Source of the DNA: Phoronis australis
Taxonomy: Eukaryota > Animalia > Phoronida
Length of the DNA stretch: 64,000 bases
Reading direction: 5' to 3'
Assembly: GCA_002633005.1 (NCBI GenBank)
Contig: NMRA01000003.1
Span: 62,001 to 126,000, forward strand
Below are positions 12,201-24,135 of this stretch, piece by piece. Made by a program: the position numbers and the translations under genes. Each line of letters begins with the position of its first letter. Position 1 is the first letter of the stretch. The notes beneath the pieces were generated by a model that saw only the letters and a list, made by a program, of their open reading frames with translations, made no database searches and was not told where the DNA came from.

Positions 12201-15068
12201 ATACACAGTCTGGATCCTTACGCTGAGCCAAAATATCCAACAAGCTGAAAAAAAGAAACAATTTTGGGAGCAACATAGCGAAATTAGCAGAAATCACAAT
12301 CATTGCCTCTAAGGTGCCTCTCAATTTATAGATATTGGATAACACTGCAAGACATGTCATCCACAGTTCAGCTGAAATGAATAACACCACAGAAATGTTG
12401 ACAATGCACCTATTCTCAACAGGAGGGATACCCAAGGGCAAAACACGGGTTTGGCAACACACCGTTTGGTCACGGTAAAAATCCAAATCCAAAATGAAAA
12501 GGAAAATTAATAATCAAATAAGTACATGCCAAGTAAAGCCTGAAGGGTATACCTATACCTATTTGATAAACAAAAGAAAAGCTTATGAAGTAGAGCTATG
12601 TGGCCATTGCACCCTATGAGAGTTTATATTTACTTAATGGCAATTTAAGTCCCAAAGAATGGGGGTACACCATAGTCATTGACCTACTGAGTACCTAATC
12701 ATCTGTCCCTGAGTTTATATTTCCATACAGTATGTCACTGTAATAGAATACCATGAGGTGACAATGAAATGACTGGGTTGTAGTTATACCAATGAGATAA
12801 ATTTAGCTTATTGATATTACTAGGAATGACCCAATACAATAGGTCTAACAGAGTGAGATAAGAATTATCCTATTCTTGACAAAAGGCTTTCAGAGGATTT
12901 GGAGTGGAGTAAATGAAGAGCATACAAATAGAGGCTGGCATGGACATGAAGTTTTTCTTTGCTGGTAATGGGAAAATGCTTGGAAGTGATAAAGCACAAA
13001 TTAAAGGCTACAGCACACAAAACTTGAATATCACAGTGATGCACTGTATCAGGTCTTAGAATAGCCCTGAGGGCGCATACTAATATCTGTACCATGTCTA
13101 ATTTTCATACTCTGTCAGACCACCCTACCTTTGTCTTCAGAGAAAATTCATTTCCTTTAATGGCTTGGAGTTTCTATTACTTACAGCTAAAACTAAACAA
13201 CCTGCCAATCACTAACTAATTTGGCTCGTAACAACACAGACATCAAAAGTTTTCATTGTTAGTAATAATTGCTACTTGTTTGGTAGTACCACTTTTTCTC
13301 AGTACTACTCGTTAAGGTGCAAAACTCGCAGTTTTAAAACCAGCCAAAAGGAGGTCGATTGCGTTGACCATGATGTCAGCAACTGTGTGTCAGCAAAGCT
13401 TAAGTCTTCTAGGATCCTTGGCTAAACAAAACAAAAATGGTAATGCCGGATCATAGCCAGTAGGCCCACACCTTAGAAGTGTGCTAGGGCTACTATTTTG
13501 AAATGAACACTGCTGTCGTCTTCAAATAACTAGTCCTAGTCACCTAATATTTACATTTATGTATTACTAAACAACCCAAATGGTTATGGTTAACATTTGA
13601 ATAGTCTGTCCCAACTTCTGGCATCTTCCCCTTCACAGACAATTATGCCAGTAGCAAGACTGTCAAGTTTTGTGTGAAAGGTCATGATTTAGACCTCTTG
13701 CTCATCTCAACTATCTCAGGAATGTGGAGAGGCCTATTAATTACAAAAAACACCAGTTTAGATAGTGGTTTCCAAATTGAGGCTAATTCTAGATATCGAT
13801 CTAATTAATCCATTGCTAATCATACTGGTGGTCTTTTGTACACCAACATATCAACTTGTAGCCTTTATAGGCCAATTATCTATCACAGAACAAGAATGAC
13901 TAAAAGTAGGAACTACTTTCATCAATGGGTACCAGAGAACTGAAACTTAGAAGATTTCTATTGGCTAACTTTTATCATGATGATGTGGTAATTACTCTGC
14001 TCCAGATAAGCATTCATGATAAACAGGCTTCTTGATGACAGTGGTTCTTGTACCTGGCGAATTACTGTGAAACTGGCCGTTTTTAATACACACCAGATAG
14101 TTGTAACTTGTAGATTGTGAATGCTTTTCTACAGACAGTGTTAACAAATTAAGAAAATACCAAAAGCACTATAAAATTTAAAATAATCAAATAAGAAATT
14201 TTAATTTATGTGCTTGATAATCTTGTGCCTTTGAAGTAGTGACACACGTCGTACTAATACTTACGAAGATTTCCCACTTCCTGTTGGACCAAGTATAGCA
14301 TTCATTCCCTGCTTAAACAAACCACTGGAACAAAACATAATTATAATCACAACCAAGACCAAGAGAGCACATCAGAAAACTATCATGGGACATTTGCACC
14401 AGATGCAACCCTACATAGCTCGTCAAAAACTTTTCACTTGTCTATGATAAAATCTGACCAATTTAGGACACAATACATGAACGGTGGACAGGTGAATTTT
14501 TACTTTCTCACCTTTTCATATATGACATACAGGACAAAAGTGACGCTTTGCCACACTCACGTTCTGTATCACAGGCACAATTATAAGAGAAAATATTTTG
14601 AAAAATTGTGAGCATTCACAAAACATTAAAAGCCTTTGATAAAAGGAAAAGAATAACTTTGGAGAGATTTTACCATCATACAACGTAGTGATGGTGAATC
14701 AACCCACTGAGGCAATCAATGAACGCCATTCAGTCCACAGTGTCATCATGCGTAATTTTGAATGCAAATTAGTCATATTCAAGAACAAAACGAAGGATTC
14801 CACCCAAAACAGGAACCTTGCTCGTGCCACATCAGTTGACAGATCGATTCAATTAAACAGATTCAAATCTGATTGAACGGTGTTACCTGATGTTATTCAA
14901 TATGACCTTGTCACGTTGAGCACCACATTTTCCACCACATTTTGTCTTCACCGGAATGGTATAAGAAATGTTATGGAAGGACACAACAGGACCCTCTTTA
15001 GTAGACTTGCTCGCACCATTATCAGTCACAACAGAATTCAATTCAACATCTTCCATTGCGCTTGTCAT
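268..15068 (-). CDS. ABCG2: ABC transporter G family member (ABCG2/BCRP-white type half-transporter), 5' part; gene continues beyond the left edge
   Basis: Coding exons (minus strand, GT-AG, phases consistent): 15068-14887, 14324-14265, 12244-11977, 10824-10667, 9275-9124, 5453-5355, 3131-3038, 2004-1896, 1310-1245, 353-268 (1274 nt). Translation shows Walker A ([14 protein letters not shown]), [23 protein letters not shown] signature ([15 protein letters not shown]), Walker B ([11 protein letters not shown]), H-loop (IIFSIHQPR), [14 protein letters not shown] and the first TM segment ending GIQNR. Start could be ATG 15068, ATG 15056 or an upstream exon (see findings). Orthology within ABCG2-like paralogs is not resolvable by eye. 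Confidence 0.93.
2262..2460. mobile_element. Short MITE (PIF/Harbinger-like GGGGCC termini)
   Basis: TIR GGGGCCGGTTCCAAGACAACTGACT / AGTCAGTTTCTTGAAACGGGCCCC; internal repeated AGACAAATCTTA...TTAAGTCAA blocks; TSD not clear. Confidence 0.6.
3860..4198 (-). mobile_element. Truncated Helentron-associated (HINE-like) element, same family as 26168-27466
   Basis: Shares ATGGACGC...AAAAATGG / GCCACTAGGAGCGC core motifs and the terminal hairpin ending GTGGGCGCATAA with the 26.2-27.5 kb element. Confidence 0.55.
6951..7127 (+). pseudogene. 58-codon ORF resembling the N-terminus of the Kolobok accessory protein KolX (P2X7 C-terminal/Nanor-like family)
   Basis: [58 protein letters not shown], ending at a TG|GTAAG donor-like site; YQFE-x-EYSDEE resembles the PY(x)FEP-acidic motif seen before the Cys cluster of that family (recognised from memory). 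Converges on the THAP remnant. Confidence 0.4.
7139..7360 (-). pseudogene. Degenerate THAP zinc-finger-like fragment (transposase N-terminus remnant)
   Basis: ORF-track peptide [13 protein letters not shown]...[26 protein letters not shown]...KHLRVCSM resembles the THAP pattern C-x-A-xx-C...F(F)xFP(K/R)D...W...RVCSxHF with key residues decayed; lies inside a TTAA element. Confidence 0.5.
7523..9069. mobile_element. Second Kolobok-like non-autonomous element, abutting the first at a shared TTAA
   Basis: TTAA at 7519-7522 and 9070-9073; TIR GGTTATCTCCAACCTTATT / AATAAGGTTGGAGATATCC (18/19); GG..CC termini; no coding capacity recognised. Confidence 0.75.
7529..7693 (+). repeat. Perfect 20-bp minisatellite (CCAACCTTATTTAGTGACCT) x8
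   Basis: Eight identical consecutive units at 7531-7690, beginning inside the left TIR of the 7523-9069 element. Confidence 0.97.
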
Positions 15069-16624
15069 GATTTCAGTGCTCAGCTCTGAAAGAGTGTCAA
15101 AAATAGTCACAGCTTTTGAAATTACGGTCAAACTGATGAACCTTCTTCTGCCCTAGTGACAATAACAAGAGCTAAGCCCATGAGTTAACACTTCTCTGTT
15201 TATTTCATCCATAAAGGGATTCAAAGGGAATTTAATTGTCAGGAATTTTAGTCAGTATTTAAAATGTAAGCAAACACAGAGCTGCCAGTCTACATTGATT
15301 GCATGAACACGACCTACAGTTTAGTTTCCTCCACCAGATATCATATTCCAGGATAAAACATAAGCGCAATTCCGGGTATGAAGGTGACGCCTTTCGACCA
15401 CCATTTATGCGTGATCTTTTAAGGGTGGTCGTCTACTAGATGTGTTTGCCTTCACACGATACATTGGTTGTCAGTGAGATTTGCCTTTATGTGAGAAATC
15501 ACCAATGAAATTGCTCAAGTCACATTCAACAGATACTGCATTAAGAACACAAAATATGGAGCACATGGTGTCTTAAAAGATTTTACTCACCAAATTCGGA
15601 TAACAGTGAAAGGCAAATTCTGGACGTCTGGCAAATTCAGACTCCAAAAACATCTGGTGCCACGAGATTCATCCAAAAATGAATATGTGTTCTATTGGAA
15701 TAAATTTTAATGGCCTGAAAATGACAAGATTTCACTGTAACTAGCAGTAGCCAGAGGTGCTGCTTCAGCTATAAAAAAGGAATCATCTGATGCAGACCGG
15801 ATGCAAAACGATGCACTTGCTGCTAGCACAATACATGGCGGTCTGTTTTGTAACGAGAGGGTCATTATTTTAGATTGCATCTGATGAAAATGACACAGAT
15901 GCTAGGGGCGTGGTTTCATCTAAGTAACAGGACAAATTCATAACTGTCTGTTGTGTAAGAGACAGAGCCACGATTGATTGCATTAGGTAGAAATTATTCT
16001 ATTGATAGTATTTGGTGCTGTGTTATCAGAGCAACGAGGTCTATATTAGGCATTACCATCTGTTCTGTAACTAGAGAGACGTTATCTAAACTGTGAATGA
16101 ATCATGCAGATGCTAACATGCAGTTGCTAGGGGTGCAGCATGGACTTAATAATGAGCAACTATGACGGCTAGTCAGTCTAAACTTGAATGCATAGAGTGT
16201 AAATTTAAATGGCTCACAATGGGCGCTGAATCATCTACATAATGGCAAGTGAGATGACCACAGTCTAAATTGTGAATACCTCAGATGCAAGTGATAGAAA
16301 CGCTGCATCAACTTAACGAGCAACTAAGATGGCTAGTGTCTAGCATAGGAATTGCAAACACTGTTGGTGCTGAGGTCATAGGCTACATCCATCGCATGAT
16401 GACGTATGATATATTTTCATACTTTGCATGTTTGTAAGATGTGAGTCCTCATCCCCCTTGTCTTGGCCAGTTCAGACGGTTACCGGTTAAAGGAAATACA
16501 TCGTCTGTGTACGCGTAGGCATACAAATGGCAACGTTCATTTTGAGCTATACATGATACAGTACGTACACGATGAATGATTGAACATACAACAAGCGTAC
16601 ATTCAACTTCTGGCTAGAAGAAGC

Positions 16625-16728
16625 TATAGGCGTCCTCAGCTTCTGATCGTCCCCAATACACTACATGGTAGTAGTATTATATGTAGTGTATTGGGGACGA
16701 TCAGAAGCTGAGGACGCCTGTCACAGTG
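16625..16728. mobile_element. Tiny hairpin MITE with 8-bp TSD (hAT- or P-like)
   Basis: Perfect 39-bp inverted repeat (16628-16666 / 16681-16719, 14-nt loop) flanked by GAAGAAGC direct repeats at 16617-16624 and 16729-16736. Confidence 0.7.
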
Positions 16729-18789
16729 GAAGAAGCAAGAAGTACGAAGAATACACTCCATGACCATGCTAGAAGTAGAAGTTCTAAACTAGCCATGCGA
16801 AAAATATTCACTTGAAGAATCTTGACACTTAAATTAAACCATGGATTATTAAGATTCCCCTAATCTCATTCTTAACCAGACCTAGGACCAATATCTTACT
16901 CCCAGTATATTACTCCCAGACCAGACTCACCATTGACCACACAGCTGCAGTGACCAAAAGGACCTTTCAAGTCACTGAGTGTAGGCCTGCGCACTTATGT
17001 AACCCAGAGGCCTGTGAATGATGTAAGCCTGACCCATCATAATAGCAGAAAGCTTTTCTGACCTACTTTCAGTGTAAGGTCACCACACGATCGTTCAACT
17101 GAAATGTGACTCCGGAGTGCAGAACCCAGCCTCCTATGGTAGGGTGAGGAAACCAAAATGCCAATTTCATCAGAAACGAAGGAAAATGACTTCAATTGAT
17201 AAATCCAAATGACCTGCGATTTGCATTATTTTTTTAATTTTTGAAATCCGTTGGACGGTTCTGGAGTTATTTAAAATTTCAGTTAGACCCTCAAACTTTT
17301 TCAGCAAACGTGAAACCTCGAAAATTTCAAGGCAAATGTGCCTGGCATGTTTAAAGATCTGCCATGTAATTGAAAAACTTTGGTCCATACGCAGTTGCTC
17401 TAAAACAATTCATTGACACGTCCATATACAGGTTTCAACATAAAATAAAATTATAGCCACGAAATGTTATTTTTCAATATTGCAGTGAAGGAATAATCCA
17501 AGTTCACAGTCGACTTTTGAGGCTACTGGTTGCCTCAGTCAAAGAGGATGTAACGATGAGCTTAATTAGCAAATATAGGATTTCTTCAGCGTGCGGAAAT
17601 TGCCATGCATGCAGAGAACTGGTCAGATGATGGCAAAAAAATAACGCAAAATGAGGTCCACGCTATGATGACAGGACACGGTGGCAAACTCCCAAAGAAT
17701 TATATCCTCTCTCACTAAGTCTTGATCACCTAAAAATCGTACTTTTGTTTGATTCTTATAACAGCAAATCAAAGTATCCCCTGGCCTTAAAAGTGGTAGT
17801 CCCAGGAGGTCATCTGGTTGTTTCCTACGCATTTATTTTAAATTCTGTTGCAGGGAACACGCCTAAAATCTGAAAAGGTACATTTCTCTGAAATAAGCTG
17901 AACTCCAAAGTTTCTGAAGAGCTTTCTCATGAAAACAATTTGGCTATGGAAAAAAGTTCATTTCACTAACAAAATTCACTGAATGGACTAAACAGAAAGG
18001 AAAGGTCAAAATTCCAACTGCTAAACACTCAACTTATGAATAATGAGAACAAAAAAATTAATAATTTACAGGCGACATTTAAAAATCTTGCTGTTGAAGA
18101 AAAAGAAGAATCCACGGTATATCAAACGTGAACAACTCAGATTATTCAAGCGGAAAATTAAGTTCCTCGGTTGTCATATATAGTCAGATTCTTCTGCATT
18201 TTCGTCAAACTCAGTGTGCATTACCACAATATTGTAATTTTGTCATAATTGTTCATTTGTTTGGGTTTCATTTGTTTTGGTCTGCTGGCCGGTCTGCCTG
18301 TCATCGCTTACTGAAAAATCGCTCAGACCCTGTGTTGGTGCCAGGAATGACATGGTCTTGTTATTTCTTAGTTTACTAATATAAGTTGTCTCTTGATTGA
18401 ATAACTGTTCACTTTGGATTTACTTTTATGTTAGCACAGTCACAAAGCTTTCAGATATGTTTCTGTCAACTTGCTTTGTTTTTTTTTTGTCGAGTAACTT
18501 CTATGGTCCATCCAGCCTGAGTATCCATGTGATGTCAGTACTACTCTTTTCTGTAGTAAACATATTGATGTCGTAGACCAAGTAGGTCACCCGTCCAAAC
18601 TTGGTCTACGACCTTGACACATTGCCCAATCGAAGAAGCATTGCTTGCAAACGACAGGGTGACCATTTAACATATGTTGCAGAAACAGTGGTAGTTGCTT
18701 TCTGCTAAGTCATGGCACAAGTGATTTCGATTCAATAAAGTGTCGCTGAATGAAAGCGAGGTCTTAACACATTCTATCTATTCCCGTTT

Positions 18790-20358
18790 ACATGACGCAA
18801 ACACTTGAAGTGTACTGCACAATTGTATTTCTTGTACACTTATCTTGCTGTGCAGTCCCTAGCTCTGACATGTGTGTTCGGTGTGTATGCACTCACTCTA
18901 CTAACACTATAAGTTACATTATACACTGCTGTTACTCATCACTCTGATCTCTGATTTCGAATGATACATTCTGATTGCAGTCACTGTGTAGCTCATTTAG
19001 TCAAACTGTTGTTTTGCTTATTTATAAGTTACTTTGTTTTTCTACAGTAAACATTAATGACATTTACTCAATGCATCAGTTTAACCAATTTTTACTGCAT
19101 TGTTTTACAGGGAATATGCATAAAAACAATAGTGTAGGCCCTACTTCCTTTCTAGCCCAAGTCAGACTTGAATCAAACTTGAGCAAAAGTTGACAGCTTA
19201 GCGCATGCACCTCACGAAGAAAACACAATTTCCTTTTTTTGTGTGAGCTACACTATGATGGAGAATTTGTTGTATAACGTTCAAGCATTTACACATTAAT
19301 AAGAAAAAGTAACGTTGTTAACTGTGTGTGGTTGGAAATATTCTTATAACTGCAGCAACATTCAGTGAATGAATATACTTATTTAAGAAAGCAAATGTAA
19401 ATTCAAAAATAATCCGATTATTCATTTGGCCAAAGACTAATGATATTGCCAGTCGAAAATTGGGTCTACTGGCATGAGCGCTCCCACCCTAAAATTGAGG
19501 AGGGTTCGAATTTTTTTGTGTGCGGACCTTTTACTGAGAAAACAAAGCGAGTACTAAAACAAGTAAAAACGGGGCACATCCAATGATTGTGCTGAAATAT
19601 ATGTGTACATCCTTCCTATTCTACATCGGTTTGTCATGTTCAGTTCTACACCACTATAGTTCTAAATAAATGAAATACAACCGTTCTTCTGGATCCATGT
19701 AATTATTATTGTTATTTGCAATTAACTCTGCAGAGTGTTAAAGTTTTACAATGTATTCAGTTTCTGCAACTTTGGTTCAAATTGTGTTTCATCAGTAGAT
19801 CCCCAATNACATGACGCAAACACTTGAAGTGTACTGCACAATTGTATTTCTTGTACACTTATCTTGCTGTGCAGTCCCTAGCTCTGACATGTGTGTTCGG
19901 TGTGCATGCACTCACTCTACTAACACTATAAGTTACATTATACACTGCTGTTACTCATCACTCTGATCTCTGATTTCGAATGATACATTCTGATTGCAGT
20001 CACTGTGTAGCTCATTTAGTCAAACTGTTGTTTTGCTTATTTATAAGTTACTTTGTTTTTCTACAGTAAACATTAATGACATTTACTCAATGCATCAGTT
20101 TAACCAATTTTTACTGCATTGTTTTACAGGGAATATGTATAAAAACAATATATGTGTACATCCTTCCTATTCTACATCGGTTTGTCATGTTCAGTTCTAC
20201 ACCACTATAGTTCTAAATAAATGAAATACAACCGTTCTTCTGGATCCATGTAATTATTATTGTTGTTTGCAATTAACTCTGCAGAGTGTTAAAGTTTTAC
20301 AATGTATTCAGTTTCTGCAACTTTGGTTCAAATTGTGTTTCATCAGTAGATCGCCAAT
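18790..20358 (+). repeat. Near-identical direct duplication split by an N (probable allelic overlap at a contig join)
   Basis: 18790-19131 matches 19809-20150 and 19596-19807 matches 20147-20358 with only a few substitutions; N at 19808; copy 1 carries an extra 468 bp. Confidence 0.85.
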
Positions 20359-20412
20359 ATTTCTTGAATAAACAAGTTATGAAGGGACAGAGATTGTTTA
20401 TTTTAGATAAGC

Positions 20413-21090
20413 TTAGTTGTTAAAACTACAAGTGGTATTTGATTTTAATGCCATTTCTTGGACTTTCCTCAGAGTTGGTTTGATCTGTATAGTTTTTGAA
20501 ATTTTTCCATTGGCTTTGTGCAATGCGTTGTTTAACGTTTGTATAAATAATAATGCAATTTTGTGTATATCTTTAACCCTAGTGTTTCGTGTTTTCAATT
20601 GTCTCACTGGTTCATCCATATTAACCCCGGGTTCACACCACAGAAAGCTTGGCTATAAACTGTCTGTTCGGTTATATCCCCAAACTGTTTCTTAAACTAA
20701 TACAGTTGGTCAAAAGTAGTTCCATCCATTCATTTATGGTTTTGGAGTATGGATCTGATGTATCTGTCAGCAATTAACCTGGTTCTTATTGTAGTTAGAT
20801 ATTGTTTATGATAAGGGCCTGAAAATTTTGAGACCAGGCGAGCAATCGTAAAGAATTGTCAAATGGATTTAGAGGTTGCACTCTACCATGACAAAAGAAT
20901 AGTTTATAAAATTGTGACACCAGCGTATTTCTAAGCTGTAAGGTCACCTTGGTTAGCTTCAGTCTCTTTTTTGGGATGCATATAAAGTGTACAGTAAGCT
21001 TGTTCAGAGTGTTTCTTTTAATACTTGTACGAGAATGGAGAATTAGTTTACTTCGGTTAAATTCATTGTAGTGACCATTTTTAGTTTACA
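20413..21090 (-). mobile_element. Possible highly decayed Penelope-like retroelement fragment (RT thumb to GIY-YIG region)
   Basis: Minus-strand fragments DPYSKTINE and DEPVRQLKTR resemble, in the right order, PLE motifs LPYxxxxSE and GETGRQLKTR; multiple frameshifts and stops. Confidence 0.3.
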
Positions 21091-21818
21091 CATTCAAATG
21101 AAAAACTATAAATAATGAATAAACACGATTGCTTATTTACCAGGTTAATAATGTCTAAGATTCTCTTGACAACAGTTGCCAACTTTATTCAGAATGACAA
21201 TATTTTATGTCTTGTTCTACTCACAGGTGTTCATTTAAATGGATGACACCAGTGACGTCTGCTTAACCAAGTTACACAGGGACATATAATTGCGCAACTG
21301 AAACAGTGTTCAATATATGATATAGCTGTATAACAATTATTCCAACTCATACGAAAATATCATGACGTTCTCGAAAGTGCATGAATGAAACTGAAAAGCT
21401 TGTAATACAACACCAAAGCCTGTAATGAAAATTACTACAAGTTTTGTATTCATACACCACCTTCACACCAACTTATTATTTTGTAAAATCATAAATATTG
21501 GGTGTAGAAAAAAATCGATGTCATCTCATACACTGTTTTTTTGTGTTGTTTTTGTATATTTTAACGAAAAGTCTATAAGTATCTTATTTTATAGAGTGTG
21601 CGTGTACAGAATATTAGGCTGGGTGTTAAGTTCCAATGTTTACTATTACTACTATTAGTGATAACAGGGGGTCAGTAAGTTGACACTTTCTACTAAACAA
21701 AACAGCAGTCCAAGAGCTGTACTGCTGTAGCTAGAGACCAGGCGAGTTTTTCTCATGCCCGGGTATCAGCCTCCACGAGATTGCATGCTCTTGGGACTTC
21801 CAAACTATAAATTTGGAC

Positions 21819-22252
21819 TTACCGGGAATTTCCGTAGTCCATGGGCGTGTATTTGGAAAATGAAAATTTTCAGGCGTTTCATCAACACCAAATAAACGCC
21901 CGGGCGTTTATTCGTAAAAGGGGGCGTGTAAACGGAAAATCACAGTTTTACTTGACTTGGCACTCTTTCACTTAAAACTGCGTTTTTATTTTTTTGTTAA
22001 TAAATGCATAGTTCGCCAACGCCTTGTTCGTTTTTATAAATAATAAATGTTCCACAAAACTTAATTTGTGACAAAAAGTTTACGCTGAGTAAACTTTTAA
22101 GAGGAAAATTTCCAAATAAAGGTCCAACTGTCTAGACACTCGACACCACAATTAAGTTTTAACACAAATAAACGCCCGTGGGTTTGTATTTGGCATAATT
22201 TTCCGAATAAACGCCCATGGGCGTTTCATCGGGTGGGCTTATCTACGGAAAC
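21819..22252. mobile_element. Degenerate Tc1/mariner (pogo/Tigger-like) MITE
   Basis: Ends TTTCCGTAG / CTACGGAAA and several internal AATAAACGCCC / GGGCGTTTATT palindromic motifs, related in style to the 55798-57201 element. Confidence 0.5.
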
Positions 22253-23250
22253 CCCCCCCCCCGCTAAGGGGCAGAATATACTCTTGGCAATGAATTGAAA
22301 TTCCGAAGACGAAGAATGGCACGACGAAGAATGGCACGTCAAACCATTTTATCATATATTATGCCTACTCGATCATTTCCGCCGTCTTGCTTAACAAAGA
22401 CGGAAGACAACCCACCTGTCAGAAAGCCCTTGGGCGCCTAGCTGAGATCGAAATGAATGGATAAGAGAATTGGTTATCATATTGTAAGGAGTTGCGAAAG
22501 CAAGTTTTAATGCTAGTAAAACACATTGTAGAAATAGCAATCACAGCCATGTTCCGTAATTTTCACAATTACGGCAATGAATCAACGTGGCTTTTTTCAA
22601 TTGTTTAATCATTGCCGCGATAATTGAGAGGCCAACGCACGCCACTTCATAACGCTGTATTTCTCATTTAGCTCAGGCTAAAAACGAAATCGAATTAAAC
22701 ATTTTAATCTAGTGAAGTCGCGGGTCAAAAGTCCGTACCGTAAGTTATAGGATGTCATTTCCATTACCAATCAAGTCAAGACCCGTACTTGCGCCACATT
22801 TTCGAATGTGCAATTTCAGGGTCGACCAAGCGATTGTCACTTATTGTTCTTGTATGGTAGCCGGAAACAGAATCCTTTAGCGGTAAGCGATATTACGAAG
22901 CCGATTCTATACGAGAAAAACCCTTAACTCGATAGACATTTTTGTCAGTTAAACACGGCGAAATGCCAAGCCCACGTAAAACTTCAACGGAATTTTGTTA
23001 TTTTAGATGTATTGGACTAACCAGGTAGTCCTAGCAAAGCCTTAACAAAATATGAAAACACGAGTATAATCACCCAAATGTTGGCCCGTCAAAGGATAGC
23101 TGAACAGCCTTTTCAAGCCATATTGCGTCACCGCGAGATCTCAGCACAAACGACAAAACAGTTGTGAGTCTGAATAGAACCTCATTGTGCGGGTGTTATT
23201 CGCAGCTGTTTGAATTGAAAGGTGATTCGCGCGGTGACGTAGACAAAAGC

Positions 23251-23281
23251 CACAGGCGATCAGAAGCTGAGGACGCCTGTG
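23251..23281. mobile_element. 31-bp collapsed copy of the 16625-16728 hairpin MITE
   Basis: CACAGGCGATCAGAAGCTGAGGACGCCTGTG shares CGATCAGAAGCTGAGGACGCCTGT with the right arm of the larger copy; flanked by ACAAAAGC direct repeats (23243-23250, 23282-23289). Confidence 0.65.
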
Positions 23282-24129
23282 ACAAAAGCAAACCAATACG
23301 CCCAGCAGTTCGTTACATTTGACAATTTATGACACGATTGGGCTCAGAACGATACTCTTAATATACTGTAGGAACCAAATTTACAAGGCAAGTGTTTCCG
23401 TTCTAGCCTGGAAAGGCTTTACTCGTTTCCCAGGTTGGCTTTACTTGTTATTTTTCGACCACTGAGTGGCCAGCGGTTTCCCGCAGCAACTTTTTTATTT
23501 TTCAAAAATAAAATTCAACAATATAATCTAGTTTGTGTGTAAATAAATCAACCGATCGCAATGGGACTGTCATAATTTCGAAAATAAGTTTACGAAAAGC
23601 TATCAAAATTTCTTTTAACGCTGCAATCCACCCTTATGGACATAACACGAAAATCGAATTAGTTTCTCGAAACATCGGTCTCATAATATCCTTACTTTTG
23701 ACAGGTTTCTTTTTCAGTTTGGAAATGCTTTGGCTTGAGCCAATTTCGAATTCGCAACTTTTAATTTAGTTGTTTAGCTCCACTATAACTAAAATTCTGA
23801 AGCCTTTTTTGGAGTCGCTGTGATTTCGATGTTCTAGTTGGCAATGAAATCGAATCCTATAACCGCAACTATGAGAGTAAACGGGCTAATTCAGTTCTTT
23901 ATTGCAGTCTCACTGAAACTCAGTTCAGTACACACATGCGCAGAACGATGAATTTTTAATAAGTAGCGCCCATGCACAACATCTTTCACAAAGTGCAGGA
24001 TGTGGCGTATTCAAGCTCCGTTGTAGAACCAGAAATTCACTCTTTCCATTTCTCACAGCAAGAGGGAGTTTCTTATGCAAGAGAATTCACCTCAGTTTAA
24101 TTTCAAATTCAGATCTTTTCAAGTGATTT

Positions 24130-24135
24130 TTTATT
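24130..24135 (-). terminator. Candidate polyadenylation signal (AATAAA) of SLC25A17
   Basis: TTTATT on + (AATAAA on -) about 400 nt downstream of the stop codon at 24534. Confidence 0.45.

Noticed and set aside
22414-22500. Alternative distal ABCG2 first exon (minus-strand donor CAG|GTGGGT with nearby GATA-like sites)
   Set aside because: Only a donor-like hexamer and short motifs; not supportable without transcript data.
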